From NCBI RefSeq assembly GCF_004010195.1, contig NC_057752.1:11469669-11532772 (forward strand): 63,104 bases of DNA, given 5' to 3'. Positions 36,195-49,221 of the stretch are shown in pieces. Position 1 is the first letter of the stretch, and the number at the start of each line of letters is the position of its first letter. The stretch comes from Chiloscyllium plagiosum. Lineage: Eukaryota. The translations under genes and the position numbers were made by a program. The notes beneath the pieces are model-generated. The model ran no database searches and was not told where the DNA came from. It worked only from the letters and a program-made list of their open reading frames with translations.

Positions 36195-38523
36195 CTGACA
36201 ACGGTGGGAAAAATGAGCCTGCGTTTACAAGAAAAGTTTCTGATTCAGTATGTGGATGTACCTACTAGAGAAGGTGCAAAACCTGACCTACTCTTGGGAA
36301 ATAAGGCAGGGCAGGTGACTGAGGTGTCAATGGGGGAGCACTTTGGGGCCAGCGACCATAATTCTGTTAGTTGTAAAATTGTGATGGAAAAGGATAGACC
36401 AGATCTAAAAGTTGAAGTTCTAAATTGGAGGAAGGCTAATTTTGACAGTATTAGGCAAGAACTTTCAAAAGCTGAATGGGGGCAGATGTTTGCAGGTAAA
36501 GGGATGGCTGGAAAACGGGAAGCCTTCAGAAATGAGGTAAGTGTAAGGAATGCTAGATGACGAGAGAAATTGAGGGTTTGTTAAAGCAAAAGAAGGAAGC
36601 ATATGTCAGGTAGCAACAGGAGAGATCGAATGAATCCTTAGAGTATAAAGGCAGTAGGAGTATACTTAAGAGGGAAATCAGGTGGGCAAAAAGGGGACAT
36701 GAGATAGCTTTGGCAAATAGGGTTAAGGAGAATCCAAAGAATTTTTGCAAATGTGTTAAGGACAAAAGGTAACTAGGGAGAGAATAGGGTCCCTCAAAAA
36801 TCAACAAGGCTGTGGAGCTGCAAGAGGTGGGGGAGATACTCAACTAGTATTTTGCATCAGTGTTTACTGTGGAGAAGGACACGAAAGATATAGAATGTTG
36901 GGAAATAGCTGGTAATATCTTGAAAAATGTCCATATTACAGAGGAGGAAGTGCTGATGTCTTGAAGCACATAAAGGTGGATAAATTCCCAAGACCTGATC
37001 AGGTGTATCCTAGAACTCCGTGTGAGGCTAAGGAAGTGATTGCTGGGCCCCTTACTAAGAAAATTGTGTCAGCGCTAGTCACAGGTGAGGTGGTCACTGG
37101 ATGTTGGCTAATGTGGTGCCACTGTTTAAGAAGGGTGCTAAGGACTAGCCAGGGAACTATAGACCAGTGAGCCTGGCGTCGGTGGTGGGCAAGTTGTTGG
37201 AGGGAATCCTGAGGGACAGGATTTACACATATTTGGAAAGACAAGGACTGATTAGGGATAGTTAGCATGGATTTGTGCAACGGAAATCAGGTCTCTTGAT
37301 TGAGTTTTTTGAAGAATTAACAAAGAATATTGATGAGGACAGAGCGGTGGATGTGATCTATATGGACTTCAGTAAGGCGTTCAACGAGGTTCCCCATGGG
37401 ACACTGGTGAGCAAGGTTAGATCTCATGGAATACAGGGAGAACTAGTCATGTGGATACAGAATTGGCTCAAAGGTAGAAGACAGAGGGTGGTGGTGGAGG
37501 ATTGCTTTTCAGACTGGAGGCCTGTGACCAGTGGTATGCCACAAGGATCAGTGTTGGGTCCACTACTTTTCATCATTTATATAAATGATTTGGATATGAA
37601 CATAGGAGGTATAATTAGTAAGTTTGCAGATGACAGCAAAAGGGGAGATGTTGTGGACAGCGAAGAAGGTTACCTCAGGACCTTGATCAGATGGACCAAT
37701 GGGCTGAGGAGTGGCAGATGGAATTTCATTTAGATAAACGTGAGGTGCTGCATTTTGGGAAAGCAAATCAGAGCAGGACTTATGCACTTAATGGTAAGGT
37801 CCTGGGGATTGTTGCTGAACAAAGAGACCTTGGAGTGTAGGTTCATATATTCTTGAAAGTAGAGTCACAGGTAGATAGGATAGTGAAAAGGGTGTTTGGT
37901 AAGCTTTCCTTTATTGGTCAGAGCATTGAGTATGGGAGTTGGGAGGTCATGTTGCGGCTGTACAGGTCATTGATTAGGCCACTTTTGGAATATTGTGTGC
38001 AATTCTGGTCTGCTTCCTATCGGAAGGATGTTGTGGAACATGAAAGGGTTCAGAAAAGATTTACAAGGATGTTGCCAGGGTTGGAGGATTTGAGCTATCG
38101 GGCGAAGCTGAATAGGCTGGGGCTGTTTTCCCTGGAGCATCGGAGGCTGAGGGGTGACCTTATGGAGGTTTCTAAAATCATGAGGGGCACGGACACTATA
38201 AATAGACAAAGTCTCTTTCCTGGGGTGGGGGAGTCCAGAACGAGAGGGCATAGGTTTAGGGTGAGAGGGGAAATATTTAAAAGGGACTATGGGGCAACTT
38301 TTTCACACAGAGGGTGGTATGTGTATGGAATGAGCGGCCAGAAGAGGTGGTGGAGGCTGGTACAATTACAGCATTTAAGATGCATCTGGATGGGTATATG
38401 AATAGGAAGGATTTGGAGGGATATGGGCCAAGTGCTGGCAGGTGGGACTAGACTGGGTTGGGATATGTGGTCGGCATGGACAATTTGGACTGAAGGGTGC
38501 TGTACATTTCTATGACTCTATGA
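36195..38523 (+). mobile_element. CR1 (HER1-type) LINE, 5'-truncated
   Basis: ORFs 36180-38401 ([24 protein letters not shown]); tail ending in CTATGACTCTATGAC. Confidence 0.92.
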
Positions 38524-38524
38524 C

Positions 38525-40550
38525 AAAAGACTTAATCATTTATTAAGCACACAATAACTTTAGCAGGGGGGACAATTAAACAACAAGATGATCTGATTAA
38601 TGTTTATGCATTAAACCCAAAACACTTGCTTTTAGCCCCCACACAGACAAACACAGTTAAGTGATAAATAAAGAAAATTGGTCAGATTGCTTAAATGGTT
38701 TTCATGATGCATTTTCATAGGTATAAGTGTGGACCTCTTGGCTGCTTTTCTGGAGCCGCTGCTCAGTGTAACCTTCTCAGTTCACTCAGGTAAAGATAGT
38801 AAGAGCTCTCACTCAGCTTTCTACTCTTTGGACCCAGTGTGGCAGATTAGTCAGGGGGTGTTCAAATCTTCATGTTGTTTTGTCAGCAGCCAAGCTCATC
38901 TCCTCCAGAAAAGACAGTTCAAATGCAGCTCTAACTCTGATTCCACCCTGATCAGTGACCATCTTCTCCTGAGGTCTCAATGACCATTTAACCTCTGCCA
39001 TCTGCTTGAACGTAGGGTCTCTTCCAGACTTGTCAGAACCAATTCCCAGCAACTGACTTTGTTAATCGCCAGTTACTACGATATTCCTTAAACAAGGTGC
39101 TCTTGCCAGGGTCAGTGTGTCTGTAGGAACCTTTCCAATCAATAATCAGCCTGTAATTACCCTCAAGGACTGGCCTCATAAACAAACAAAAGCTGGTTTA
39201 TTCTGTTCTTTTCCTTTTACCACAGCTGTTTCCCAGAGTCCAATGGTCATTTTCAGCTCATAAGTTCACAGCTCCAAACCAAAATTGATAAAATAGCAAT
39301 ATTAAAAATAATGAAAAATTGCAAGGTTTGTGACGGTTTGTAGCCGAGGTTGAGGTTTAGAGTGTAGGTATAAATATAAATAGAAACATATAAATAGAAA
39401 GCAGGAGACAACAGCTTTGCTTCACTTGGAGGTCGCCATTGATGATGTTACCTAGCCAGGATATCAAACCTACAGCTCAGCGAGCAAGCCTACACCCATA
39501 ATGAAAAATGTGTGAGGATTCGAACATGACTCCAACCTCAAAACAAGAAATGCCATTTTAATAAAAAAAATACATTTCCTGACAAAGTTAGAAACACTTA
39601 AATGGTAAACAAGACATAAATAGCTCCCAGCCATTCACTCTCCTCCCCTACCACCAAATTATTATTCATTATTCCACCATCTTGGTTATGTCCTTAACTT
39701 TATGACAGTTTACATTCGGGATAAGATGCTACATTATTTTTCACAAATGTTTATGTTAAACAGCTGCAGATCTAAGCTCCAGCTAAACAAGCTCAGAGTC
39801 TTATATTTAAATCATTCCACGAATCCCAGTGGATTATGATCGGTTGAATCAGTTTCAAAGTCTCTCTATTTTGTACTTTAACTTGGAAGTGTTGAAAAGC
39901 TGTTAACACTGCCGGTGCTTCCTTTTCAATCATTTACTCTGTTGATGTCTGTTCAATTTCTTCAGAAAATTGACCGCAGCTTTCTCACATCAATGTGTCA
40001 GAGTACTGCTCCAATTCCAAAGTCGCTAGCATCTACTGCTAATTAAAATCACTTGTTAAAGTTAGGAGCAATTCATATGGTTCATTCTTTTAGTTTATCA
40101 AAGGCTAGCATGGTTACTGTCATCAAATTAGGTACAAATGTTTGATAAAATCCATACATTCCCAAGAACCTCATTATCTCTGATTTTGTTTTCGCGACGG
40201 CAAAGTCAATTTGAGCTTTTACTTCTGCTATATCAGGTGACACCTGTCCTTGTCTTACACTATACCCTAAGTATGCCACCTTGGCTTTTGCCAATTCACT
40301 TTTTGCGAGATTTCATACCAACCCGGCTGACTGTAACAAATTTTCTCACTGTTCTAAATGTTCCTTCCATGTCGTACTATGATGTAATTCAAGAAAACTA
40401 CACAATTAGATACTTTTCAGTTATAACCCTACTCATTCATTGTTGAAATGTGGCATTCTTAATTCCAAATGGCACAACCTTACATAAGTACAATCCATTA
40501 GGCATAACAAATGCGGAAATTTCCTCAACTCTCATTGTCAGTGGTACTCA
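38525..40550 (-). mobile_element. Old Gypsy remnant: RT/RNase H fragment (about 39780-40550) plus probable 3' LTR (about 38525-39530)
   Basis: ORF 40082-40294 (VAYLGY...IMRFLGMYGFYQTFVPN) and an RT-like SAFVMPNGLY..VPFGIKNA segment; the PPT-proximal region resembles that of the 28368 element. Confidence 0.7.
39320..39497. mobile_element. Short Penelope-like insertion in the Gypsy LTR
   Basis: 12-bp TSD ATAATGAAAAAT (39308-39319 and 39498-39509); partly inverted ends and a TGATGATGTTACC remnant. Confidence 0.6.
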
Positions 40551-40670
40551 GAGTGACAGATGGAGTCTGTGATCTCATTTTGTCCCGTTAGTCTCATTTT
40601 CTTGCCCAGACATCCTCCCTAAGACTTCACTTTGCCACTGATCAAAATCAGAAGCCGGTGAAATAATTGC

Positions 40671-41578
40671 TTAATGAGTGCAGTCAACTAATCGATTAAT
40701 ACGAGCAAAGGGAAATTTTAACACATTCTTCCACTGCTCTCTGAATTTAGATTGGGTGACAACATAAATCACGGTGTTTGTGCAGCAACTCAGGAGTTGC
40801 AGGATGAAGCCTAATTCCTGGACGTACCAGTCTATCTGGACAGACTCATACCCTAAGAACCACATCCTTCTCCATATAGAATAGAACATGAACGTTGACC
40901 ATAAGAGGATAAAATTGGCCGAGATAACAAACAGTAAAATGATGGATTTCCTTCGGCTCTCCATCTCTGGATCTCTGGGACTGTCCCCATTGGTGGGAGC
41001 CCGGAGTCTCTTGCGGGCTCTGCTGCTCACTAAGATGTGCTTGACTGTGAAAACATTGAGCAACAGAATCAGGAGAAATGGGACCCCTGGGGTTAGAATG
41101 TTGTAGAGGAACTCGACTGTGACCCAGACCTGAGATAGCAAAACGTCGGTTGTAAAATCGCAAAACCATGGGAGGTTCGCCAGTGAATAGTGACTTGTTA
41201 ACATAAAATACCAGGTGATGTTCTTCAAACAGCTCACCACAGTCACTGCGCCCAGAACCACAGCAGCCATTTTCTCACTGCAATATTTAGTTTTCAGCTT
41301 CTGGCAACAGATGGCCACAAATCGATCGAAGGTGAAAGTGACGGTGAACCAGACAGAACAGTCAGTGGCTGCATAAAGCAGGATGGCATGGATATTACAC
41401 ACGGGGATGGACTCCAGGAAATAAAATTGCTCCGAATAAACAATTGGAATATGTCTCAATATCAGGTCCAGAATAATGACCAAGAGATCCGTGATGGCCA
41501 TGGACAGCAGGTAACTTGTGACACATTTGGAAAGACCACATTTGTTGCGAAACAGGATAACAATCGTCACTGCATTAA
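40671..41578 (-). CDS. GPR139/GPR142-like class A GPCR, gene B, exon 2; with exon 1 gives 363 aa
   Basis: Open 7TM ORF colinear with gene A, no indels (FDRFVAICC, PWFC, LSCCTNTVIY). Acceptor ccattcctcacAG|TTAAT (AG at 41580-41579). Spliced junction reads GIP-V-NAVTI. Confidence 0.9.
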
Positions 41579-42714
41579 CTGTGAGGAATGGAAACAAGTG
41601 GTGAAATTACACTACTGAGTGTGTGTGAAAATAACAACTCTGTTGATGAATTATTGAGACTTTCAAAAGATTCCATTCATCCACTTGAACACAATTGTTT
41701 TTAGACAAGCAAAGAGGATGATCTGTGATACAGTACAAGATCAGAAAAAAAAGGATGACTTAAGCTAAAGATGTGGAGGCAATGGAAGCAAGATTAATAT
41801 GGCACCAGGGGGGACTGTGGGCCAACTATGTGTAAAGGGCTATAGCTGGGTGCCTGGGAGAGCTGGTGGTTGTGGAGGACCAGCTTATGTTGAACAATAC
41901 CCACCTCACTCTCTTTCCTGGGTTAGGTGTAGTTTGCCAATGTGTTTCTGAAAATCCTGGGGTGGTTATTGCAGATTATGCCACTCTTCCTTCTTCATTG
42001 AGCCTTCCCTTTCTGCAGCCTCTGCACAATATTTTGATCACCAGATGAGAGTACTGAGCCCCTTCAGCATGTTACACTTGGACAGGAGCAATCCACAATG
42101 ACCCTGCAGGTTCTTACCTGTCTGCCAAAGAGGACAATCAACATTCAATGGATCCCACAAGCATTGGCTCAGACATAAAGTCTGCAGTATCGTCACTTCC
42201 AGCGGTGAATGAGAAACGAAACAGTGAACATGAGATGGAGCTCCCAGAAGTGTCCTCATCTCAACATTGGGGGACCCCAGTCTTGCATCTATCTTTAGAC
42301 CAACCTGGTCTCCTCCTGAGGCCCCCATCCTCATCCATTTTCAAGTAATTCCATTCCTTCTGCATGACGTCAGGAAAAAGGGCAAAACGCCCCGGGTGCT
42401 ACAAAGACTGTGGGCCCTTGAGACGTTGTGGCATTGGCACTGAAAGGGGCACGCAGTGGGTCACTAGATTCCAGTCCGGCCATCGTCAGGGCAGCTGACC
42501 GGCACGTCGGAAACTTGTGCGGGGAAGGAAGACTGCAACAAACCCAGGACAGGTTACAGCCAGACTAGTCCACTCTCGATCATCAGCCACGCATTCTTGC
42601 ATGAGTACAGAGGTCTGCATGCTCTGAACGAGTAACTAAACACACAGAGGTCCTTCAGTCATTTGACCCTGTGCTAGAGAGTTGAGAAGAGGCCGGATTG
42701 CATACAACACCTGC

Positions 42715-44950
42715 TCATAGAATCATCAAATCATGCACCGCAGAAGAGGCCCTTCGGCCCCACGAGTCCCTCCTGCTAAAAATACACAACTACCTCTAAT
42801 TGTCCCTCTTTCCCACAGTAGACCCTTAGCCTTGAATGTTATGACATTTCAAGGACTCATTGAAGTACTTTTTAAAGGTTGTGAGGTTTCCCACCTCAAC
42901 TGCACTCCCAGGAAATTCCAGACCCCCATCACCCTCTGGGTGAAAACATTTTTCCTCAAATCCCATCTAAACCTCCTCGCTTTCACTTTAAAATGATGCC
43001 TCCTTATTACTGACCGTTTGACTAAAGGGAACAGCTGCTTCCTATCCACCATGTTCCTGCCCCTCATAATCTTATACACCTCTATCAGGTCCCCCCCTCA
43101 ACCTTCGCTGCTCTAAAGAAAACAGCCCAAGCTTGTCCAGCCTCTCTTTATTGCTAAACTACTCCATCCCAGGCAACATCCTGGTGAATCTCTGAACTCC
43201 GTATGGTACAATCCCAACCTTCCTATAGTATGGGGACCAGAACTGCACACAGTTCTCCAGTTGGGGCCTGACCAGAGTCCTGTACAGCTGCAACATCACC
43301 TCCCTGCTCTTATAATCTTTGCCATGACAGAGAAAAACACTGTTACACTGTCTGCACATGATTTTTAAGGGCACGTTTGCATCATGGAACTCCTCAGTCT
43401 CATTTATGTATTCATCAAAATTGACCTTGTGCAGACCTGCCTGATAGACATCACCATATTGTCCTACCGATATCAGAATTCAGTGAAAAATCCCCTCACA
43501 AACACATCACTCTCTCACTGTTCATCGAAACATTCCCCTCCCTCTCTCACTCGCTTGGACAAATTAAAGCACTCCATCTCCCCACTCCCACGCCGAACTC
43601 AGAAAGCTGAGTCAGAAACTGTTTCTTTCGAGATAAGAAGATGCAGACAGTGTCACCCAGAACATTTCTGGTTATCTGTATCTCCAGCACCAGTGGCATG
43701 AGACATCACAACCAGGGAGGGCTACATTGACTTTAAACAGGGTCTTAGATAAATACTTGATGGGAAAAGATTTATAGAATCATGGGGAGTAGACAGTGAA
43801 ATTCGGTTAATAGGAATGTCATTTGGAATACTGCGTACAGTTCAGGTTGCCACATTACCGAAAGGATGTGGATGCTTTAGAGAGGGTGCAGAGGAGGTTC
43901 ACCAGGATGTTGCCTGGTATGGAGGGCACTAGCTATGAAGAAGGGTTGAGTAGATTAGGATTATTTTCATTCGAAAGACGGAGGTTGAGGGGGACAAAAT
44001 CATGAGAGGTATAGACAGGATGGATAGTAAGAAGCTTTGTCCCAGAGTGGGGGACTCAATTACTCGGGGCCACGAGTTCAACATGAGAGGGGAAGAGTTT
44101 AAGGGAGATATGCATGGAAAGGTCTTTATGCAGAGAGTGATGGGTACCTGGAACACGTTGCCAGCGGAGGTGGTAGAGGCAGGTACGATAGCATCATTTA
44201 AGATATATCTAGACAGATACATGAATGGACAGGAAGCAGAGGGATACAGACTCTTAGAAAATAGGCGACAGGTTTAGGTAGAGGATCTGGATCAGCGCAG
44301 ACTTGGAGGGCCGAAAGACATGTTCCTGTGCTGTAATTTACTTTATTCTTGTTGGAATGTTAAATTGGAGGTATTAATACAACAGGAGTCAGAGAGTTAT
44401 ATTGTCATACAGCACAGAAACAGACCCTTCGGCCCAACCAGCCCACACCGACGGAAATCGCAAACTAAACTAGTCCCACCTGCTTGCACTTGGCCCATAT
44501 CCCTCCAAACTTTTCCTATTCATGAATTTATCTAAAACCTTGTAAATGTTGTAACTGTACCTGCATCCACCACTTCCACTGGCAGTTCATTCCACACACG
44601 AACCACTCTCTGTCGAAAAAAGTTGCCCCTCATGCCCTTTTGAAATCTTTCTCTTTTCGCCTTAAAAAATATGCCCCTGTTTTGAACTCCCCCACCCCAG
44701 GGAAGAGGCCCCACCTCTGCCCCTTATGATGTTATAAACCTCAATAAGATAATCCCCTCAACCTCTTGTGCTCTAGTGAGAGAAGTTCCAGCCTATTTTT
44801 ATATCTCAAACCTTCCTTTCCTGACAAAATCCTGGTAAATCTCTTCTGAATCCTCTCCAGTTTTATAATATCCTCCCTATGACAGGGTGACCAGAACTGG
44901 ACACGGTTCTCCAGAACAGGCCTCGCCAACATCCTGTACAACCTCAACAG
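42715..44950. mobile_element. Three CR1 3' fragments in gene B's intron (42715-43330 -, 43820-44350 +, 44395-44950 -)
   Basis: LYRTLVRPQLE.CVQFWSP, ERVQRRFTRMLPG and FTQRVM..WN peptides, plus CR1 tails. Confidence 0.85.
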
Positions 44951-45409
44951 GAGTCAAAGCAGGTCAATGACCACAGGGTCAATGAGTGCATGGAGCTTAT
45001 TATAAATTGGGATCCGGATTGAAGCGTTTTGGCCGATAATGTTTCCAAGTTTGCTGAAGTCACAAAACTGGGTGGGCTTGTGAGTTGTGAGGTGGATGCA
45101 AAGAGGCTTTATGAATGTTTATAACTGGGAGGGTGACTGGCAAAAATTACAAAATGGTATTGTCGAGTCAGGAGTTAACAAAGGCACAGCTTTGAATTTT
45201 GGCTGGAGCTGAACAGGAATTGAGAAGGAATGGGGATGGAGAGAGGACAGGAAATCAGAAATCTGCGCTCATTCAAGGGGATTGTGAACAGTCCCGATCA
45301 GCCTCAGAAATTCGAAGAGAAGGACTTTGCATTTCCCAGATTTTAATTGACAAGGACATCAATGCAATAACATGGTTTGTCGAATCAATAACCATTCAGA
45401 GAGCCTTAC

Positions 45410-45593
45410 CAGGGATGCCAACAACAGCCAGTACTGGGTAGAAACCTGCTTGAATGACCTCAATTATGTATCGGATGCGCCATGATAATGATATCCAGTC
45501 AAGAGAAAGCATGTAAAGACTCCAGGCTAAACCCCTGTCCATTGATGATCCATTCCAGGCTGTGGTTGTCAGATTCTGATCTCTCCTCTCCAT
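45410..45593 (-). CDS. Gene B exon 1 (MERRDQNLTT...FYPVLAVVGIP)
   Basis: 61 codons plus 1 nt, then donor G|GTAAGG; same phase-1 position as gene A. N-glycosylation sequons NLT and NGS. An alternative in-frame start MDRG aligns with gene A MDKS. Confidence 0.85.
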
Positions 45594-45649
45594 CTATCGG
45601 CATCTGCTGATCCCTGTTGGTAACAGATATGATGTTCCCTCTGCTTCTG

Positions 45650-45791
45650 TGGCATCATGCATCGAAAGAGTCCCTTATTAAGAGAAAAGGAATCCCTCTC
45701 GTGACACAATTAGGATCTATGGAGAGTGATATTAATTACAGTCGCTGAACAAATAGGCACGATTAAAGCATTTCAATCCAACAGATTTTAT
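45650..45791 (-). promoter_or_regulatory. Conserved upstream non-coding block of gene B (putative core promoter; TTAATAAG TATA-like word on the gene strand)
   Basis: Homologous to 20360-20500; not recognisable as any repeat in the window. Confidence 0.6.
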
Positions 45792-45809
45792 TCAACAACA
45801 TATCGCAGA

Positions 45810-47220
45810 TGTGGTCTCTCCAAGGCCCTGTATCACTGCAGTGAGACATCCTGACCTTTGAACCCAAATCCTCTACAATGAAGGCCTGTATATTATTTGC
45901 TTTGCTGGATCGGCCTGTCTACTTTCATTGACTGGTACACAAAGACACTCAGATCTCTTTGTACATCCACACTTCTCAGTACATTGCCATTTAAATCGTT
46001 CCCTGCCTTTCCACTTTGCATATTGAACTGTATAACTTTGCATTTGCACATGTTGTAGCCATGTGTTTGCCCACTCACTCAATTTGCCTAAATCACCATA
46101 AGGCCTCTTTGCATCCACCTCACAAGTCACAATCCCACCCAGTTTTGTCACTTCAACAAACTTGGAAACATTGTATTTGGTTCATTCATCCAAGTCATTT
46201 ATGTGTTGTAACACATAGGCCTCTCGTAGTAGTGTCCATACCTCAAGCCGAGGAGGCCTGGATTCAAGTTCCACCTTCTCCTGAGGTTTTATCACATCAT
46301 CTCTGCTCAGGTTGATGAGGAAAATATCTCCATCTCATAAACAGCTGGGGCCCAATCACTGACCCTGGTGGGACCCATTATTTACTGCTACCACTTAGGA
46401 AACTAAACAAAAAACATTCATTTCCTCTCTCTGTTTCCCGTCTGTTCAACAATTCTCAATCCAGATCAATTGCTCCCTATCCCATGTACTTTAACTGTGC
46501 TCACTAACCTTGTATGAAAATCCTTGCCAAAACTATTCTTCAAGTCCAAATACACTGCATCCATTGGTTCACCCTCATCTATTTGACTAGCACCATCCTC
46601 AAAAAAAAAGCTGTAGTACATTTGGTCTGGATCATTTGTCTTTCATACACCTATGCTAGCTTTGTCCAATCCATTAATGCTCACAAATGTTTTGTTATCA
46701 TGTCTTTTAGAATAGACTCTAGCATTTCACCCACTCCTATAATGCTCTGTTGTTTACTCTGTCTCTCCCATTTTTAAATAGTGGGGTCAGGTTTGGCACC
46801 GCCACCACCACCAGTCTGTCGGAACTGCTCCAGAGTCAATAGAATTTTGGAAGGTGACCACCAAATGCATCTAATATTTCCAAGGCCACTTCCTTTACTC
46901 TGCGATGTAGATGGTCAAGCTCTGTTGATTTGTAAGCCTTTAACCCCATTAAGTTTCCCATCATCATTTTCTTACCGACATAATTTCCTTCAATTTCACC
47001 CTCTCAATGGAACAAAGGAACAGGAGTGGGTCATTCAGATCCCTCGAGCCTGTTCCACCACGTAACAAGATCATGGCTGATCTGTGTAGACCTGCCTTTG
47101 GCCCAAATCTCTTAATACCTTCACTTCACAAGAAAGTACTGATCCCAGATTTAAAATTAACAACTGATGCAGCATCCATTGCTATCTGTGGATAAGAGTT
47201 CCAACCATTTCCCACCCTTG
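45810..47220 (-). mobile_element. Old CR1 RT and tail fragments
   Basis: TKLGGIV..EVDAKR..GDL.KLSEWA peptide and degenerate CR1 sequence. Confidence 0.7.
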
Positions 47221-47959
47221 GATCCTTAATTTTCTAACATTTCTGGGAGCTCATTTGTGTCTGCTTTTGTGAATTCAGAACCAAAGCTATGTGCTCAATT
47301 CTTCTGCCATCATAATTGTCCTGGCTTCTGACTGTGAGGAACCTTTACTTATTTATGCCAATTCTTTTTCCTCTTCTCGTACTTTTGGAAGCTTTTAAGG
47401 CCAGTTTTAGGGACAGAGAAAAGAAATCAGATGCAGAAATCGACAGAGAGAGAGACAGCCAGAGGAGGGGGGCAGAGACAGAGGCAACAGCACAGACAGA
47501 GACAAACAGAACTGGGGAGACACAGGCAGATAAAGAGAGGCAAATACTTGAACAGAGTCTTATAGGCAGAAGGAAGGAGGCAGGTTGATTCTAAAGGCTT
47601 TGTTTGAAATCCTACCACAGTCGATGACTGAACTTAAAGTCGAATGACAAAAATTGGAATGAAATTTCACTGATGGAAAAAAATAAACAATCAGGATTTC
47701 TTTTAATATTTCACTGATAGCCTTTGGTAAAGAAACTTAACATTATTGCCCGGTCTGGACTAAGGGCGATTTCAGTTCCACAATAAAATAGTTGGCTCCA
47801 TGTTGTCTTGACAAATGGCCTCACAGTCAAGGGCAATTTGGATGGACAACACATGCTGCCTTTACCAGTGATGCTGACATATCATGAAACAACAACATTA
47901 AAGGTGAAATAAAGAAGAAAGTGTGGATAACGGAGATCTGAAATAAAATTCTCCAGTGT

Positions 47960-48975
47960 AGAGAGAGAGAGAGAGAGAGAGTGAATGAAAGAGATAGAAA
48001 GACAGACATGAATGGTCAAGAGGCAGAGATAGACAGAACTGGAAATGGACAGGCATGGAGACTGATAGAGAGACAACGCATCAAACAGATAGAGAGAGAC
48101 ACAGAGAGAGAGAGAGAGGGAGAGAGAGAGAAAGGCTAAGGTGGAGGGTTGGAAAGAAAGACCAATTAGTTGAGACTGTTACTCAGGGACAAAAAGAGGC
48201 AGTCAGGCAGGGACGCTTACAGAGAGAGAGAGAGAGAGACTGTGAGAGAGTGAGATAACGAGAAAGAATTGAAGATAGAGGGACAAAGAGAGACAGTGAG
48301 CCAGACAGACAGAGGCAGAATATTGGAAAGACAGAAACTTAAAGAAATACATGAATAGAGAAACAGCAGCAGAGAGCAACATATAAAGACAAGGCCAGAC
48401 CTGAAAGGACAGACAGAAGCTGATATAGCCAAAGACGTGGGGAGAAATACATTTACAGATAGAGACAGGCAAAGAGAGAGACTGCAACAGAGAGACTGAG
48501 GCTGAGAAAGAGAGAGAGGAAGGCAGCGAAAGAAAAGCAGGGACCTGCAGAGGGCAATACAGCGACAGTTTGAAACAGAAACAGAGATAGTCACAAGCAC
48601 AGAGAAAGTGTCAGAAGGAGACAAATAGAGAGAGAGAGACCAGGATGGACTGACTGAGATAGACAGAGACAACGAGTGAGAGAGAGACAGACAGAGATCC
48701 AGGCTGAGGCACATACTGAGAAGCACACACATATAAGGATAGATACACTGAACATTAGACAGACAAGCAGAAAGGCATAGAGACAGAAAAAGGAAGAGAC
48801 AGACAGTCACAGACACAGGTACAGACATAGTGACAGACACACAGAGAGAATGATAGATATAGAGAGAGGCAGACTGGCAGAAGTAGACAAAATGACAAAG
48901 GTACAGAGAGAAAGACATTCAGCAAGGTGGAAGGAGAATCATTGAGACTGAACTGGAAAGAAAGATAGATCAAGA
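47960..48975. repeat. Degenerate (GA/GACA)n low-complexity region (also 47410-47580)
   Basis: Purine-rich AGAGAC-type repeats. Confidence 0.85.
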
Positions 48976-49221
48976 TAGAACATAGAACAGTACAGCACAG
49001 AAACAGGCCTTTCAGTCCATGCTGTTGTGCTGTACATGATGCCAAGTTAAACTAATCCCTTCTGCCTGCCCTTGGTCCATATCTCTCCATTTCTTGCATA
49101 TTCATGAGCTTATCTAAAAGTCCCTGAAATGCCCCTATCGTATCTGCCTCCACCACCATCCCAGGCAGCACATTCCAGACTCCTACCACTCTCTGTGTAA
49201 AAAACGTGCCCCTCATATTCC

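Noticed and set aside
1..40550. Shared downstream Gypsy plus CR1 as a duplicated unit around both receptor genes
   Set aside because: The elements downstream of genes A and B have different LTRs, parts and order, so they are independent insertions.
42135..42175. INIQWIP as a LINE RNase H motif
   Set aside because: Too short, with no supporting flanking motifs in frame.
47960..49045. ORFs of 94-233 aa rich in S/L/C
   Set aside because: Translations of GA-rich low-complexity sequence.
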